A stretch of 64,000 bases of DNA from Sphingobacteriales bacterium (GTDB lineage: Bacteria; Bacteroidota; Bacteroidia; Chitinophagales; JADIYW01): contig JADJYT010000016.1 of assembly GCA_016719635.1 (NCBI GenBank), positions 64,829-128,828 on the forward strand. The letters are read 5' to 3'. The notes beneath the pieces are model-generated. The model ran no database searches. It had not been told where the DNA came from and worked only from the letters and a program-made list of their open reading frames with translations. Shown piece after piece: positions 29,486 through 37,834 of the stretch. Position 1 is the stretch's first letter. Each line of letters starts with the position of its first letter. Made by a program: the position numbers and the translations under genes.

Positions 29486-29835
29486 TGTTTGTTATTTTTT
29501 TGTAATGCTTCCCAATATTCCGCGGCTCTCCTGGTATGAGGAATGCAGATGCTCCCTCCCACTAAATTGGCAATGGCGAAGACTTCATAGATTTGTTCTG
29601 TACTGACACCAAGTTCGTAGTTTTTTCCCAAATGATATTTGATACAATCGTCACACCTCAGCACCATGGACGCCACCAGCCCCAGCATTTCCTTTGTCTT
29701 GGAATCAACAGCCCCATCGGCATATGCATGCATGTCGAGATTGAAAAACCGATTGAGTGTCAGGTTTTTTTGTTCCAGTATGACCTCATTCATTTTTGAA
29801 CGATAGTCGTTAAATTCACTAATTAAATCAGCCAT
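29482..29835 (-). CDS. Carboxymuconolactone decarboxylase (AhpD-like) family protein with a CxxC motif
   Basis: 117 aa with the CDDCIKYH motif. Its TGA stop overlaps the polA ATG (ATGA). Confidence 0.7.
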   Translation of the reverse strand: MADLISEFNDYRSKMNEVILEQKNLTLNRFFNLDMHAYADGAVDSKTKEMLGLVASMVLRCDDCIKYHLGKNYELGVSTEQIYEVFAIANLVGGSICIPHTRRAAEYWEALQKNNKQ

Positions 29836-29879
29836 AAAAAAAGACCATTATTTCGTCTAAAATACGACAAATAATAGTC
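29836..29879 (-). terminator. Rho-independent terminator after the ArsR-like gene 29912-30259
   Basis: Imperfect ~14-bp stem gaccattatttcgtc / cgacaaataatagtc. On the minus strand it is followed by T7 (A7 at 29836-29842 on plus). Confidence 0.65.
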
Positions 29880-29911
29880 TTTGATAAATTACTAACAAAA
29901 AAAGAAATGAA

Positions 29912-30259
29912 TTATTTCTTCTTCTTGGCCACTTTACGCGCCTGTGTCCACTCTTCAAACAAATCGATGCCACGGTTCATTGCATCTAATCGCTCATAGT
30001 TCAGAGAGTAATAGATTTTTTTCCCATCTCTGCGGGTACGGACAACATCCACTCCTCTCAGAATCTTTAAATGCTGAGATGTAATAGATTGTTCAATCTT
30101 GAGTGTGTTGTAAATGACGTTTACATTCACTTCTTTTTTGTCGTGGATCAGCTTGATGATTTTTAATCTGAGGTGATGTGCCACTGCTCTTAAAAGCTCT
30201 GCCGCTTTCTCGATCTTTTCGGTGTTGAATTCAAAATTTTCCATAAAGACTTTTTTCAA
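29912..30259 (-). CDS. ArsR/SmtB-family winged-helix transcriptional regulator
   Basis: 115 aa. It has AVAHHLRLKIIKLI ... SQHLKILRGVDVVRTRRDGKKIYYSL, the ArsR HTH plus wing signature. Confidence 0.8.
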   Translation of the reverse strand: MKKVFMENFEFNTEKIEKAAELLRAVAHHLRLKIIKLIHDKKEVNVNVIYNTLKIEQSITSQHLKILRGVDVVRTRRDGKKIYYSLNYERLDAMNRGIDLFEEWTQARKVAKKKK

Positions 30260-30313
30260 TTTAGTTCACTACAAATATATGTAATCTTTGGATAGTTAAG
30301 CGGAATTATATAG

Positions 30314-30333
30314 TTAAATATCACAATATTTAA
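30314..30333. promoter_or_regulatory. Candidate operator: perfect 8-4-8 inverted repeat TTAAATAT-CACA-ATATTTAA
   Basis: A perfect palindrome 55-74 nt upstream of the ArsR-like start at 30259. ArsR/SmtB proteins typically bind AT-rich inverted repeats in their own promoters. Confidence 0.4.
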
Positions 30334-30408
30334 CATATCTCCTGAAATTAAGAGAGGTATAGATAGAAAAGTTGATCTTACTCAATAAGAATCGGGGCTA
30401 TTAGTTCC

Positions 30409-30732
30409 TTATTTCACTAACTCGTGCATCAATCTGGAAATTTCATCCATTCGTGCATGATCTACTGAATAGTATATATATTTACCGTCACGGGTGGTAA
30501 CCACAACTCCTGCACGACGCAACAAGGCAAGATGCTGTGAAGCGACGGACTGCTCTAAACGCAATCGGACATACAAATCGGTCACAGTCATTTTCCCTTC
30601 CTTATTTAACAGGCGAATCATTTCCTGGCGTAGTTTGTGATTAACCGCACGTAATACAAGAACAGATTTGCGCAATACCTGGAAATCAATCTTTAATTCC
30701 GGTTGCATAATCGTTTTGCTGTTTACAGACAT
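30409..30732 (-). CDS. ArsR/SmtB-family winged-helix transcriptional regulator (paralog)
   Basis: 107 aa. It has AVNHKLRQEMIRLL ... SQHLALLRRAGVVVTTRDGKYIYYSV. Confidence 0.8.
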   Translation of the reverse strand: MSVNSKTIMQPELKIDFQVLRKSVLVLRAVNHKLRQEMIRLLNKEGKMTVTDLYVRLRLEQSVASQHLALLRRAGVVVTTRDGKYIYYSVDHARMDEISRLMHELVK

Positions 30733-30838
30733 TGAATTTAATTTTACTTTTTCCGCTATATTAATAGATCAAGAATCATTCCAACGTTGAAAATATTATT
30801 ATTGATCAGAAGTTTCAAATAATAAACGTTAAAAATAT

Positions 30839-31540
30839 TTATTTGTTTTGCTGGGTGTAAAATGCTTTCGCATAATTGGGTTCAAAGTAGGCTGTGTCTT
30901 CGAATGTCTGGTTTCTGAATCGTGAATAGGCCAGGCAACACATATCTTCTGCACTTGGTATAAATTCCTCGATAATCGTAATATTGTCAGTATCTATGTA
31001 TTTTCTGGATTTCGCAGCCCCGCTACCAAAAAGTACATATGTCTTATCTGACAGAAACAACTGTTCCGATGTTGCATCCAGCACCAAACTGGAAAACTCC
31101 TGAGTAACACCTAAGGCTCTGTCATAAAAGGAGGTATACACTTCTTCCCTTCGGGCATCTATCATAGGAACAAAAATATCAAATGCCGTCTGGCAGTGCC
31201 TGTTTTGTATACCCGCCGTCATTGCCTGCAGGGTTGGAACGGCAATCAGCGGAATATCCAATGAATAGCAATACCCTTTCGCAGCAGAGGCCGCAATGCG
31301 CAGTCCGGTATAGGAGCCGGGGCCGGCGCTGATGGCAACCGCCTGTAAATCTCTAAATGATATTCCCGCTTCTTTCAAAACCTCAGCCGTTAACAGATGA
31401 ATCTTATCTGCCGCCTTGTTGGGTTCCAGCACATTCTTGATGCTGATACATTGCTCATTACGGCAGACAGCCACGGAGGTGACCGATTGGGCAACTTCAA
31501 GACATATAATATAAACGGGTAACAGAGCCACTGCCTGCAT
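30839..31540 (-). CDS. tsaB: tRNA threonylcarbamoyladenosine (t6A) biosynthesis protein TsaB
   Basis: 233 aa. It has the GPGSYTGLRIA motif and its size and layout are typical of TsaB. Confidence 0.8.
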   Translation of the reverse strand: MQAVALLPVYIICLEVAQSVTSVAVCRNEQCISIKNVLEPNKAADKIHLLTAEVLKEAGISFRDLQAVAISAGPGSYTGLRIAASAAKGYCYSLDIPLIAVPTLQAMTAGIQNRHCQTAFDIFVPMIDARREEVYTSFYDRALGVTQEFSSLVLDATSEQLFLSDKTYVLFGSGAAKSRKYIDTDNITIIEEFIPSAEDMCCLAYSRFRNQTFEDTAYFEPNYAKAFYTQQNK

Positions 31541-31541
31541 G

Positions 31542-33185
31542 CTATTTTTTAGCCGTTAGCATTGATTTATATTTTGCTGCATCTGACAAAACATCAATAG
31601 CTTTCTGAACATCCAGATCATCCTTTAAGCTATTGGCAATTCTTCCCTTTTCATATTTATACCGGCTCACAATCTCCTGCTCCAGGATACGTTTAATTTC
31701 CGGTTTAAATTTGGATAAATCTTTTGACTTGTCATGTTTCACTTTTTCTTCCAGTTCCGTAATTACTTTCTGTACATCGTCAGAATAGCTGTCTTCCTTG
31801 ACACTCTTCTTTAAATCTTTCAATTTCAACTCACTCGGAGTGGTGTACTCATATTCTTTACCTTTCAGAAAGTCGGCAAACTGATTATATTCTTCATCTG
31901 TGAGGGAAAAATGACTGCTATCCCTTAATTCCTTGTGTTGATATCTGTACTGATTGGCAAAGTGGAAGATATGATTGTTGGAATACAATGCAATGGTTAT
32001 AGGCGCAACTTTTAATTCGTCCGTTTTGATATCCGGTTCTATTCCTGCTCCGTCCTTCACCACTCGTCCGGATTTTGTTTTAAATTCTTTTCTCAAGGAA
32101 TCTGCTAGTGCACTGGCACTTCCGTCCGTATTCCTGTGTGAATAGTCAATTCGCTGAATGCATCGTCCGCTTGGGATGTAGTATTTGGAAATAGTCACTT
32201 TTAATTTGGATTTATAAGCAACGGGTTTGGTCACCTGCACCAACCCTTTTCCATAGGTATTTTGTCCTATGACAAGCCCTCTGTCCAAATCCTGTATAGA
32301 TCCGGATACGATTTCAGAAGCAGATGCAGAACCTTCATCTGTCAGTACCGCCAATGGTATCTCCGTATCTACCGGCTTCCCGGTTGTAGAATACTGCATA
32401 TTGGCCTCCTGAATCTTACCTTTGGTATTTACAATATTGACTCCTTTGTCGACAAACGTATTGCAAATATTGATCGCTTCATTCAATAAGCCACCTCCGT
32501 TTCCACGCAAATCCAGAATTACTCCTGCTAATTGCGGATACTTCTTAAGCTCCTTCAGTGCATCCTGCACTTCCGTTGAAGCATTATCGGTGAAACTGGT
32601 CAGTTTTATATACCCGATCTTACTGTTGACCATGCCGAAGTATGGCACATTCTCCAAACGGATCTCTTCTCTGTTGAAGGAGATTGTTTTCTCTTCATTG
32701 GAAATTGCCTTACGTATCTTTACGGTTATCTTTGTTCCCGGTTCTCCCTTTAATAACTGACTCACCTCATCGGAGTTATATTTAGTGGCAACCTTTCCAT
32801 TTATCTCCAGAATGGCATCCCCGGCTTCCAGTCCTGCTTTTTGTGCAGGATATCCTTCATACGGATCAGTGATTACCACATAGTCCCCCATTTTGGCAAT
32901 GCGCGCTCCTATACCGCCATATTTTCCGGTTGTCTGCAATTGATATTCATCCAAATCTGCCCCTGTGATGTAGTTGGTAAAAGGGTCCAGACCATCCAGC
33001 ATCTTATTAATACCATCTGTCATCAGCTTATTCGGGTCTATATCATCAACATAATAATTATTCAGTTCTTTATATAACTGTGTAAATAATTCCATATTCT
33101 TGGCAATTTCGAAATAACGGTCCTTATCCGCAGCCTGTGTATGGAGAATTAAACAGAGACATAAAATGGTGAAGAGTCTTTTCAT
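31542..33185 (-). CDS. S41 family carboxy-terminal processing peptidase
   Basis: 547 aa with a signal peptide. It has a PDZ-like region (GGIGARI ... AGLEAGDAILEING) and S41 core motifs (LDLRGNGGG, GSASASEI, TYGKGLVQ). Confidence 0.85.
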   Translation of the reverse strand: MKRLFTILCLCLILHTQAADKDRYFEIAKNMELFTQLYKELNNYYVDDIDPNKLMTDGINKMLDGLDPFTNYITGADLDEYQLQTTGKYGGIGARIAKMGDYVVITDPYEGYPAQKAGLEAGDAILEINGKVATKYNSDEVSQLLKGEPGTKITVKIRKAISNEEKTISFNREEIRLENVPYFGMVNSKIGYIKLTSFTDNASTEVQDALKELKKYPQLAGVILDLRGNGGGLLNEAINICNTFVDKGVNIVNTKGKIQEANMQYSTTGKPVDTEIPLAVLTDEGSASASEIVSGSIQDLDRGLVIGQNTYGKGLVQVTKPVAYKSKLKVTISKYYIPSGRCIQRIDYSHRNTDGSASALADSLRKEFKTKSGRVVKDGAGIEPDIKTDELKVAPITIALYSNNHIFHFANQYRYQHKELRDSSHFSLTDEEYNQFADFLKGKEYEYTTPSELKLKDLKKSVKEDSYSDDVQKVITELEEKVKHDKSKDLSKFKPEIKRILEQEIVSRYKYEKGRIANSLKDDLDVQKAIDVLSDAAKYKSMLTAKK

Positions 33186-33264
33186 GGGTGTAGTATATTA
33201 CTTTTAGTTAGAACTTAAAACTACTAAAAATAGTTTTGCTCAATGGTTAAAAAATATCAATTAT

Positions 33265-33513
33265 TCAGGGTACCGGGTCATATCCGCTGCCGCCCCAGGG
33301 GTGGCAGGACAGGATTCTTTTTGCGGCCAGATAACCGCCTTTAAACAACCCGTGTTTTTGTAAAGCCTGAATGGCATAGGTGGAACACGAAGGCTGGTAA
33401 CGGCATTTGCTGGCTCCTAACAACGGTGAGACAGCGTATTTATACAACTGGATAAGCAGCACAAACGGGAAAATAATTATTTTTCTAAAAATGGACATCA
33501 GTACAAAATACAT
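33265..33513 (-). CDS. yidD: Membrane protein insertion efficiency factor YidD
   Basis: 82 aa. It has [24 protein letters not shown]...HG...[12 protein letters not shown], the canonical YidD signature. Confidence 0.9.
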   Translation of the reverse strand: MYFVLMSIFRKIIIFPFVLLIQLYKYAVSPLLGASKCRYQPSCSTYAIQALQKHGLFKGGYLAAKRILSCHPWGGSGYDPVP

Positions 33514-33622
33514 TATAACTTAATGATTATCTGCAAAATAAGGCAAAACCAACAGAACAATTTTAAAAGATGGCATCCTATTTGTTTTTGTTTCTACCGT
33601 AAATTATATTCAATTTTACAGG

Positions 33623-35254
33623 GTGAGAAAACTGCTTTTTATCTTTTACAGCTGCTTGATGCCTTTTTATTCGATGGGGCAACTTACTCAGTATGTCAAT
33701 GGTTTTGATTACAAAAATATAAATACTCAGGCATTTATTCCTATGACAGGATGGAATAATAATCAGAAACACATATTGACGGTATTAAAACACAGTTTTG
33801 AATTACAGGAAATCATCAGTCATCCGACGGATACTTTATTTGTCTGGAATGCGTTGATGGGAGCAAAAAGCATCTATACCAAAGATTCTTTGCTGCTTTG
33901 TTTTATCCGACCGGCTGATGCAGTGAAGCGTCCCTGTATTCTGCTGACGCACGGCAACAATGCCAGATACAGGAGCAGCTGGAATGAATTCATGAATTTT
34001 TATGCGATTGACTTGGCGATGCGTGGCTATTGCGTAGCCTACTATGAAAACCCAAGCAGTTTTGAAGCAAAAGAAATCACGGCAGTTCTGAACGAAGACG
34101 ACAGTCATTTGCTGGCAAATCCCCGTAATGCCTTTTACAACGGCTTCCAGTCCGCCGTAGCAGCCAACCTGTTTATCAAACACCATGCAGTTTTGTATAA
34201 TATCGATACGACTAAATTCTTTGCAGGCGGCTATAGCTTTGGCGCATTTCTGTCGTTGATGATGGCGACCGCCGATGTGGGTAAGAATTTTACAGACACT
34301 CTTTTTAACCGTCAGGGGCGTTTTACAGAAAAATCTATCTATAATGACCCGTACACTAAAAATATCCGCAGTGCATTCAGTATCGGCGGCGGACTGCCCA
34401 AAGACGATACGGCTGAAATCAACAACAGTAAGATGGGCGAATTCTTAGATATGTATGAAACGGATTTATCCCTTTTATTTCTACACGGAAGAACGGACAA
34501 TTTCGTTTCTTTCGATTTGACAAAGTTTTCCGATAGTATAGCAGCCCCTGCTTATTTCTGGGGAGAAGGTCCGCGCGCACTGATGAATAAGATCAGGAAA
34601 CAAAACTATCCGGTAACGTCCAAATTATTTGTGAACTGCAAAGGCGGGCATTCATTCCTTACATCTGTCTGCGGATACAGCAATCCGTATTGTCTGCCTC
34701 AATGGCAATGGCAGTATTTGCTGGCTCCTCCGAATGATTTATCCAATACCGGCACATATTTCCAAGATGCCTACCGAGATACCTTGTTACACTACATTGC
34801 GTATCTGCATACGCAGATACACGATGTAGATGGCATTGTCAGTGATTTCCTTCAGCCTAAGATTTCCGGTTCCCTCTCCGTTTTTACGGATGCCGCCTAT
34901 TATATCCAGCCAACCGATTCATTCACTTATGTTCGTCCGGAAGGATATTATACCCTGAGAACAAGCGACTGCGACGGAAATGTGATTGTGATCAGTTCCG
35001 CAACTGGAAATAATAGCAGCAATGATTTCCTTAAGATTTTCCCCAATCCTACCAATGGACGGCTAACGGTAGAGTGCCGGGAATCCATTCAGCAGATATC
35101 CATTTATAGCCTGTTGGGAAAGCTGATACAACAGATCAGTCATCCTGACAAACAAGCATCTCTTGATATGAGCCACCTGGAATCCGGGCAATACCTGCTG
35201 AGTATTGCCTTTATAGACAGGCTTATTTCGAAGAAAGTAACTGTGTTTCATTAA
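33623..35254 (+). CDS. Secreted alpha/beta-hydrolase with a T9SS C-terminal sorting domain
   Basis: 543 aa starting at GTG. It has a GYSFG nucleophile elbow, HGRTDNFV and GGHSF segments. The C-terminal KIFPNPTNGRLTV...ISIYSLLGKLI matches the Por/T9SS CTD pattern. Confidence 0.7.
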   Translation: MRKLLFIFYSCLMPFYSMGQLTQYVNGFDYKNINTQAFIPMTGWNNNQKHILTVLKHSFELQEIISHPTDTLFVWNALMGAKSIYTKDSLLLCFIRPADAVKRPCILLTHGNNARYRSSWNEFMNFYAIDLAMRGYCVAYYENPSSFEAKEITAVLNEDDSHLLANPRNAFYNGFQSAVAANLFIKHHAVLYNIDTTKFFAGGYSFGAFLSLMMATADVGKNFTDTLFNRQGRFTEKSIYNDPYTKNIRSAFSIGGGLPKDDTAEINNSKMGEFLDMYETDLSLLFLHGRTDNFVSFDLTKFSDSIAAPAYFWGEGPRALMNKIRKQNYPVTSKLFVNCKGGHSFLTSVCGYSNPYCLPQWQWQYLLAPPNDLSNTGTYFQDAYRDTLLHYIAYLHTQIHDVDGIVSDFLQPKISGSLSVFTDAAYYIQPTDSFTYVRPEGYYTLRTSDCDGNVIVISSATGNNSSNDFLKIFPNPTNGRLTVECRESIQQISIYSLLGKLIQQISHPDKQASLDMSHLESGQYLLSIAFIDRLISKKVTVFH

Positions 35255-35618
35255 GCAGCCGCTGCAATAGCTGCGTTATGGCTGCATCAACCTCTTTACA
35301 AATTCTTATCTCTTTAGCCTGATAGCTCAGCAAGAACAGCATTTGTTTGTTTTGAACGGTTAGTATTTCATGAATGGAAGACTTCTGCAGACGCACACTT
35401 TCACGCATCAGGCGCTTGAGTCGGTTTCTGTCGGTGGCGTGAGGGAAGAGTTTTTTGGGAACTGTAAATGCAAATTGCGCCGGAAAGGCGCAATTCAATT
35501 CAGTTTGTTTATAATAAATTCTTAGTGTCGGATTTTGAACAAAGGTTCTTTCGCTGAAGAGTAAATCGAGTAATCTTTTACTTTTCAGACGTTCGTCTTC
35601 AGTGAAGGTAAGCCGTAT
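35223..35618 (-). CDS. rnpA: Ribonuclease P protein component (5' boundary unresolved)
   Basis: My manual translation upstream of the track ORF gives ...LTFTEDERLKSKRLLDLLFSERTFVQNPTLRIYYKQTE(L)NCAFPAQFAFTVPKKLFPHATDRNRLKRLMRE. That is the conserved RnpA N-terminus plus the RNR-like motif. There is no ATG/GTG/TTG between the in-frame stop (35658-35660) and the codon at 35498. Confidence 0.7.
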   Translation of the reverse strand: MRLTFTEDERLKSKRLLDLLFSERTFVQNPTLRIYYKQTELNCAFPAQFAFTVPKKLFPHATDRNRLKRLMRESVRLQKSSIHEILTVQNKQMLFLLSYQAKEIRICKEVDAAITQLLQRLLNETQLLSSK

Positions 35619-35638
35619 ATGTTTATCTGTTCCAGCTA

Positions 35639-35794
35639 TTATTTTCCTTTTCTTTCGTCAGAAATAGATAATTTTTTTCTGCCTTTTGCTCTGCGCGCGT
35701 TCAACACGGCTCTGCCGCCCTTTGTTTTCATACGCTCACGAAAACCATGCTTGTTTTTTCTTTTTCTTACCGATGGTTGAAACGTTCTTTTCAT
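35639..35794 (-). CDS. rpmH: 50S ribosomal protein L34
   Basis: It is not in the ORF track because it is under 60 aa. Manual translation gives [51 protein letters not shown]. Confidence 0.9.
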   Translation of the reverse strand: MKRTFQPSVRKRKNKHGFRERMKTKGGRAVLNARRAKGRKKLSISDERKGK

Positions 35795-35999
35795 TTTATC
35801 TCAATTATTGAATTATTGAATGGTAGAATTATAGTGTAAAAACAGCTAAAAATTCGGACTGCAAAGATACTATTTAATTTGAGAATTTGAAAATTAAACA
35901 ATCTAAAATGCTTTTTTGAGCGAAAATTCAATGATTTAACCTTTAGGACATCTTGAAAATCCCATTTTCAAGTCTCCAAACCGGCTCATTTTCAAATTG

Positions 36000-37598
36000 T
36001 TACCGATTCATAGTCATCAGGAATTCTTCGTTGCTTCTGGTGCCTTTCATCTGTTGCAACAGGAATTTCATCGACTCTTCCGCCGTCATATCCGCTAAGT
36101 GGTTACGCAGTACCCACATCTTCTGTAAAGCATCTTTATCCAACAACAAGTCATCTCGACGGGTGGAAGACGAAATCACGTCAATAGCCGGAAAGATACG
36201 TTTGTTGGACAGTTTGCGCTCCAGCTGCAATTCCATATTACCGGTTCCCTTAAACTCTTCAAAAATCACCTCATCCATCTTAGAACCGGTTTCTGTCAGA
36301 GCAGTAGCAATAATGGTCAACGAACCGCCATTTTCAATATTCCTGGCTGCACCGAAGAATTGTTTTGGTTTGTGCAGGGCATTTGCCTCCACGCCACCGG
36401 AAAGTACTTTTCCGGAAGATGGCGCCACGGTGTTGTGCGCACGCGCCAGACGCGTGATGGAATCTAAAAGGATAACCACATCGTGTCCGCACTCCACCAA
36501 TCGTTTCGCCTTTTGCAAAACAATATTCGAGACTTTTACGTGCCGGTCAGCGGGTTCGTCAAATGTAGAGGCTACAACTTCCGCATTTACACTGCGCTGC
36601 ATATCCGTAACCTCTTCAGGCCGTTCATCAATCAACAAAATTATCAGGTATACTTCCGGGTGGTTCTTGGCAATCGAGTTGGCGATATCTTTCAGCAACA
36701 TCGTCTTACCGGTCTTAGGCTGTGCGACAATCATACCACGCTGCCCCTTGCCTATGGGTGTAAACAAATCGACCACACGGGTGGAATAATTCGTGGCATC
36801 CTGAAATAAATCCAGTTTTTCCTGCGGGAATAACGGCGTCAGGTAGTCGAACGGAATTCTGTCTCTGATTTCCTGGGGCGTCTTGCCGTTTATCACTTCT
36901 ACCTTCAGCAACGCAAAATATTTTTCCCCTTCTTTTGGCGGACGGATAGAGCCTACAATCGTATCTCCTGTTTTTAACCCCATTAATTTTATCTGTGAAG
37001 GAGAAACGTAAACATCATCCGGGGAGGAAAGGTAATTGTAATCGGATGAACGCAGAAACCCATATCCCTCCGGGATGATTTCCAATACACCCTCCCCCAA
37101 GATAACCCCGTCTAGATCAATATTAAAATCCACTTTCCTTTCTTCCGGCAACGGTGAATCGTTTAGTTCCTCTGTTACCTGCTCCCTGCGCACAGGGGTA
37201 GGATTGGCAACGTATTCCACCTCTTTTTTTTTGGTCTCAAAAGAGGGTGTTTCTATAACGGATACCATTTCTTCCTTGGCATGTTCTGCATGCATTGCGT
37301 TTCTTTCAGAAAAAGGATTCTCTTTAACTTTCTTTTGCGGCACCACTTTTTCAGCCACCTTGCGCGGGATACGAACACGTTCTCTCTTACCCTTGGATTG
37401 TTCTTCTTCGGTAGCCTCTGTATTTATTACCGATTCTTCTTCTTTATTTGGCTCTTGCATATCTTGTATTTTTAGAATAAGCTCAATTAATTCTGGTTTT
37501 TTGGATTTGGCAATCTTTGCCTTTGGTATCATCAGCTTTTCAGCTATTTCTTTCAATTCAGGGAGTAACATTTCTGTTAACAGGGAAATATCGTACAT
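36000..37598 (-). CDS. rho: Transcription termination factor Rho with an N-terminal insertion domain
   Basis: 532 aa. It has the Walker A motif AQPKTGKT and the RecA-like core. A ~110-aa charged insertion lies between the N-terminal helix bundle and the RNA-binding domain. Confidence 0.95.
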   Translation of the reverse strand: MYDISLLTEMLLPELKEIAEKLMIPKAKIAKSKKPELIELILKIQDMQEPNKEEESVINTEATEEEQSKGKRERVRIPRKVAEKVVPQKKVKENPFSERNAMHAEHAKEEMVSVIETPSFETKKKEVEYVANPTPVRREQVTEELNDSPLPEERKVDFNIDLDGVILGEGVLEIIPEGYGFLRSSDYNYLSSPDDVYVSPSQIKLMGLKTGDTIVGSIRPPKEGEKYFALLKVEVINGKTPQEIRDRIPFDYLTPLFPQEKLDLFQDATNYSTRVVDLFTPIGKGQRGMIVAQPKTGKTMLLKDIANSIAKNHPEVYLIILLIDERPEEVTDMQRSVNAEVVASTFDEPADRHVKVSNIVLQKAKRLVECGHDVVILLDSITRLARAHNTVAPSSGKVLSGGVEANALHKPKQFFGAARNIENGGSLTIIATALTETGSKMDEVIFEEFKGTGNMELQLERKLSNKRIFPAIDVISSSTRRDDLLLDKDALQKMWVLRNHLADMTAEESMKFLLQQMKGTRSNEEFLMTMNR

Positions 37599-37805
37599 AC
37601 GTCGAACTGGTTAGGTTGGAAAATGAAAAACATTAAAGCAGTGGATTATAGAATCGTTCGTTGAAATTGGTCAATAAATCTTGTGGAAATTTGATTGATA
37701 CTGCAAATAAACAACTTTTTTACTAAAATCGCATGGTTTATGTTACTTTTTTTTGAAAAATACCCATTTAAACGGGCACATTTAGCGTAAGCCGACCGCA
37801 ATTTC

Positions 37806-37813
37806 TATCTTTG
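37806..37813 (+). promoter_or_regulatory. Bacteroidota-type -7 promoter box (TAnnTTTG) for serS
   Basis: tatctttg matches TAnnTTTG exactly, 22 nt upstream of the serS ATG at 37835. Confidence 0.4.
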
Positions 37814-37834
37814 CAGCACAATACCAATGACAAG

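Noticed and set aside
35952-35972. Perfect 9-bp hairpin cttgaaaat-ccc-attttcaag just downstream of the rho stop
   Set aside because: I did not call it an intrinsic terminator because no U-run follows on the minus strand. It may still be a processing or Rho-dependent site, but the sequence alone cannot show that.
35953-36789. 278-aa plus-strand ORF
   Set aside because: It lies entirely antisense to the well-supported rho gene. It has S/R/C-rich low-complexity composition and no start context, so it is a shadow ORF.
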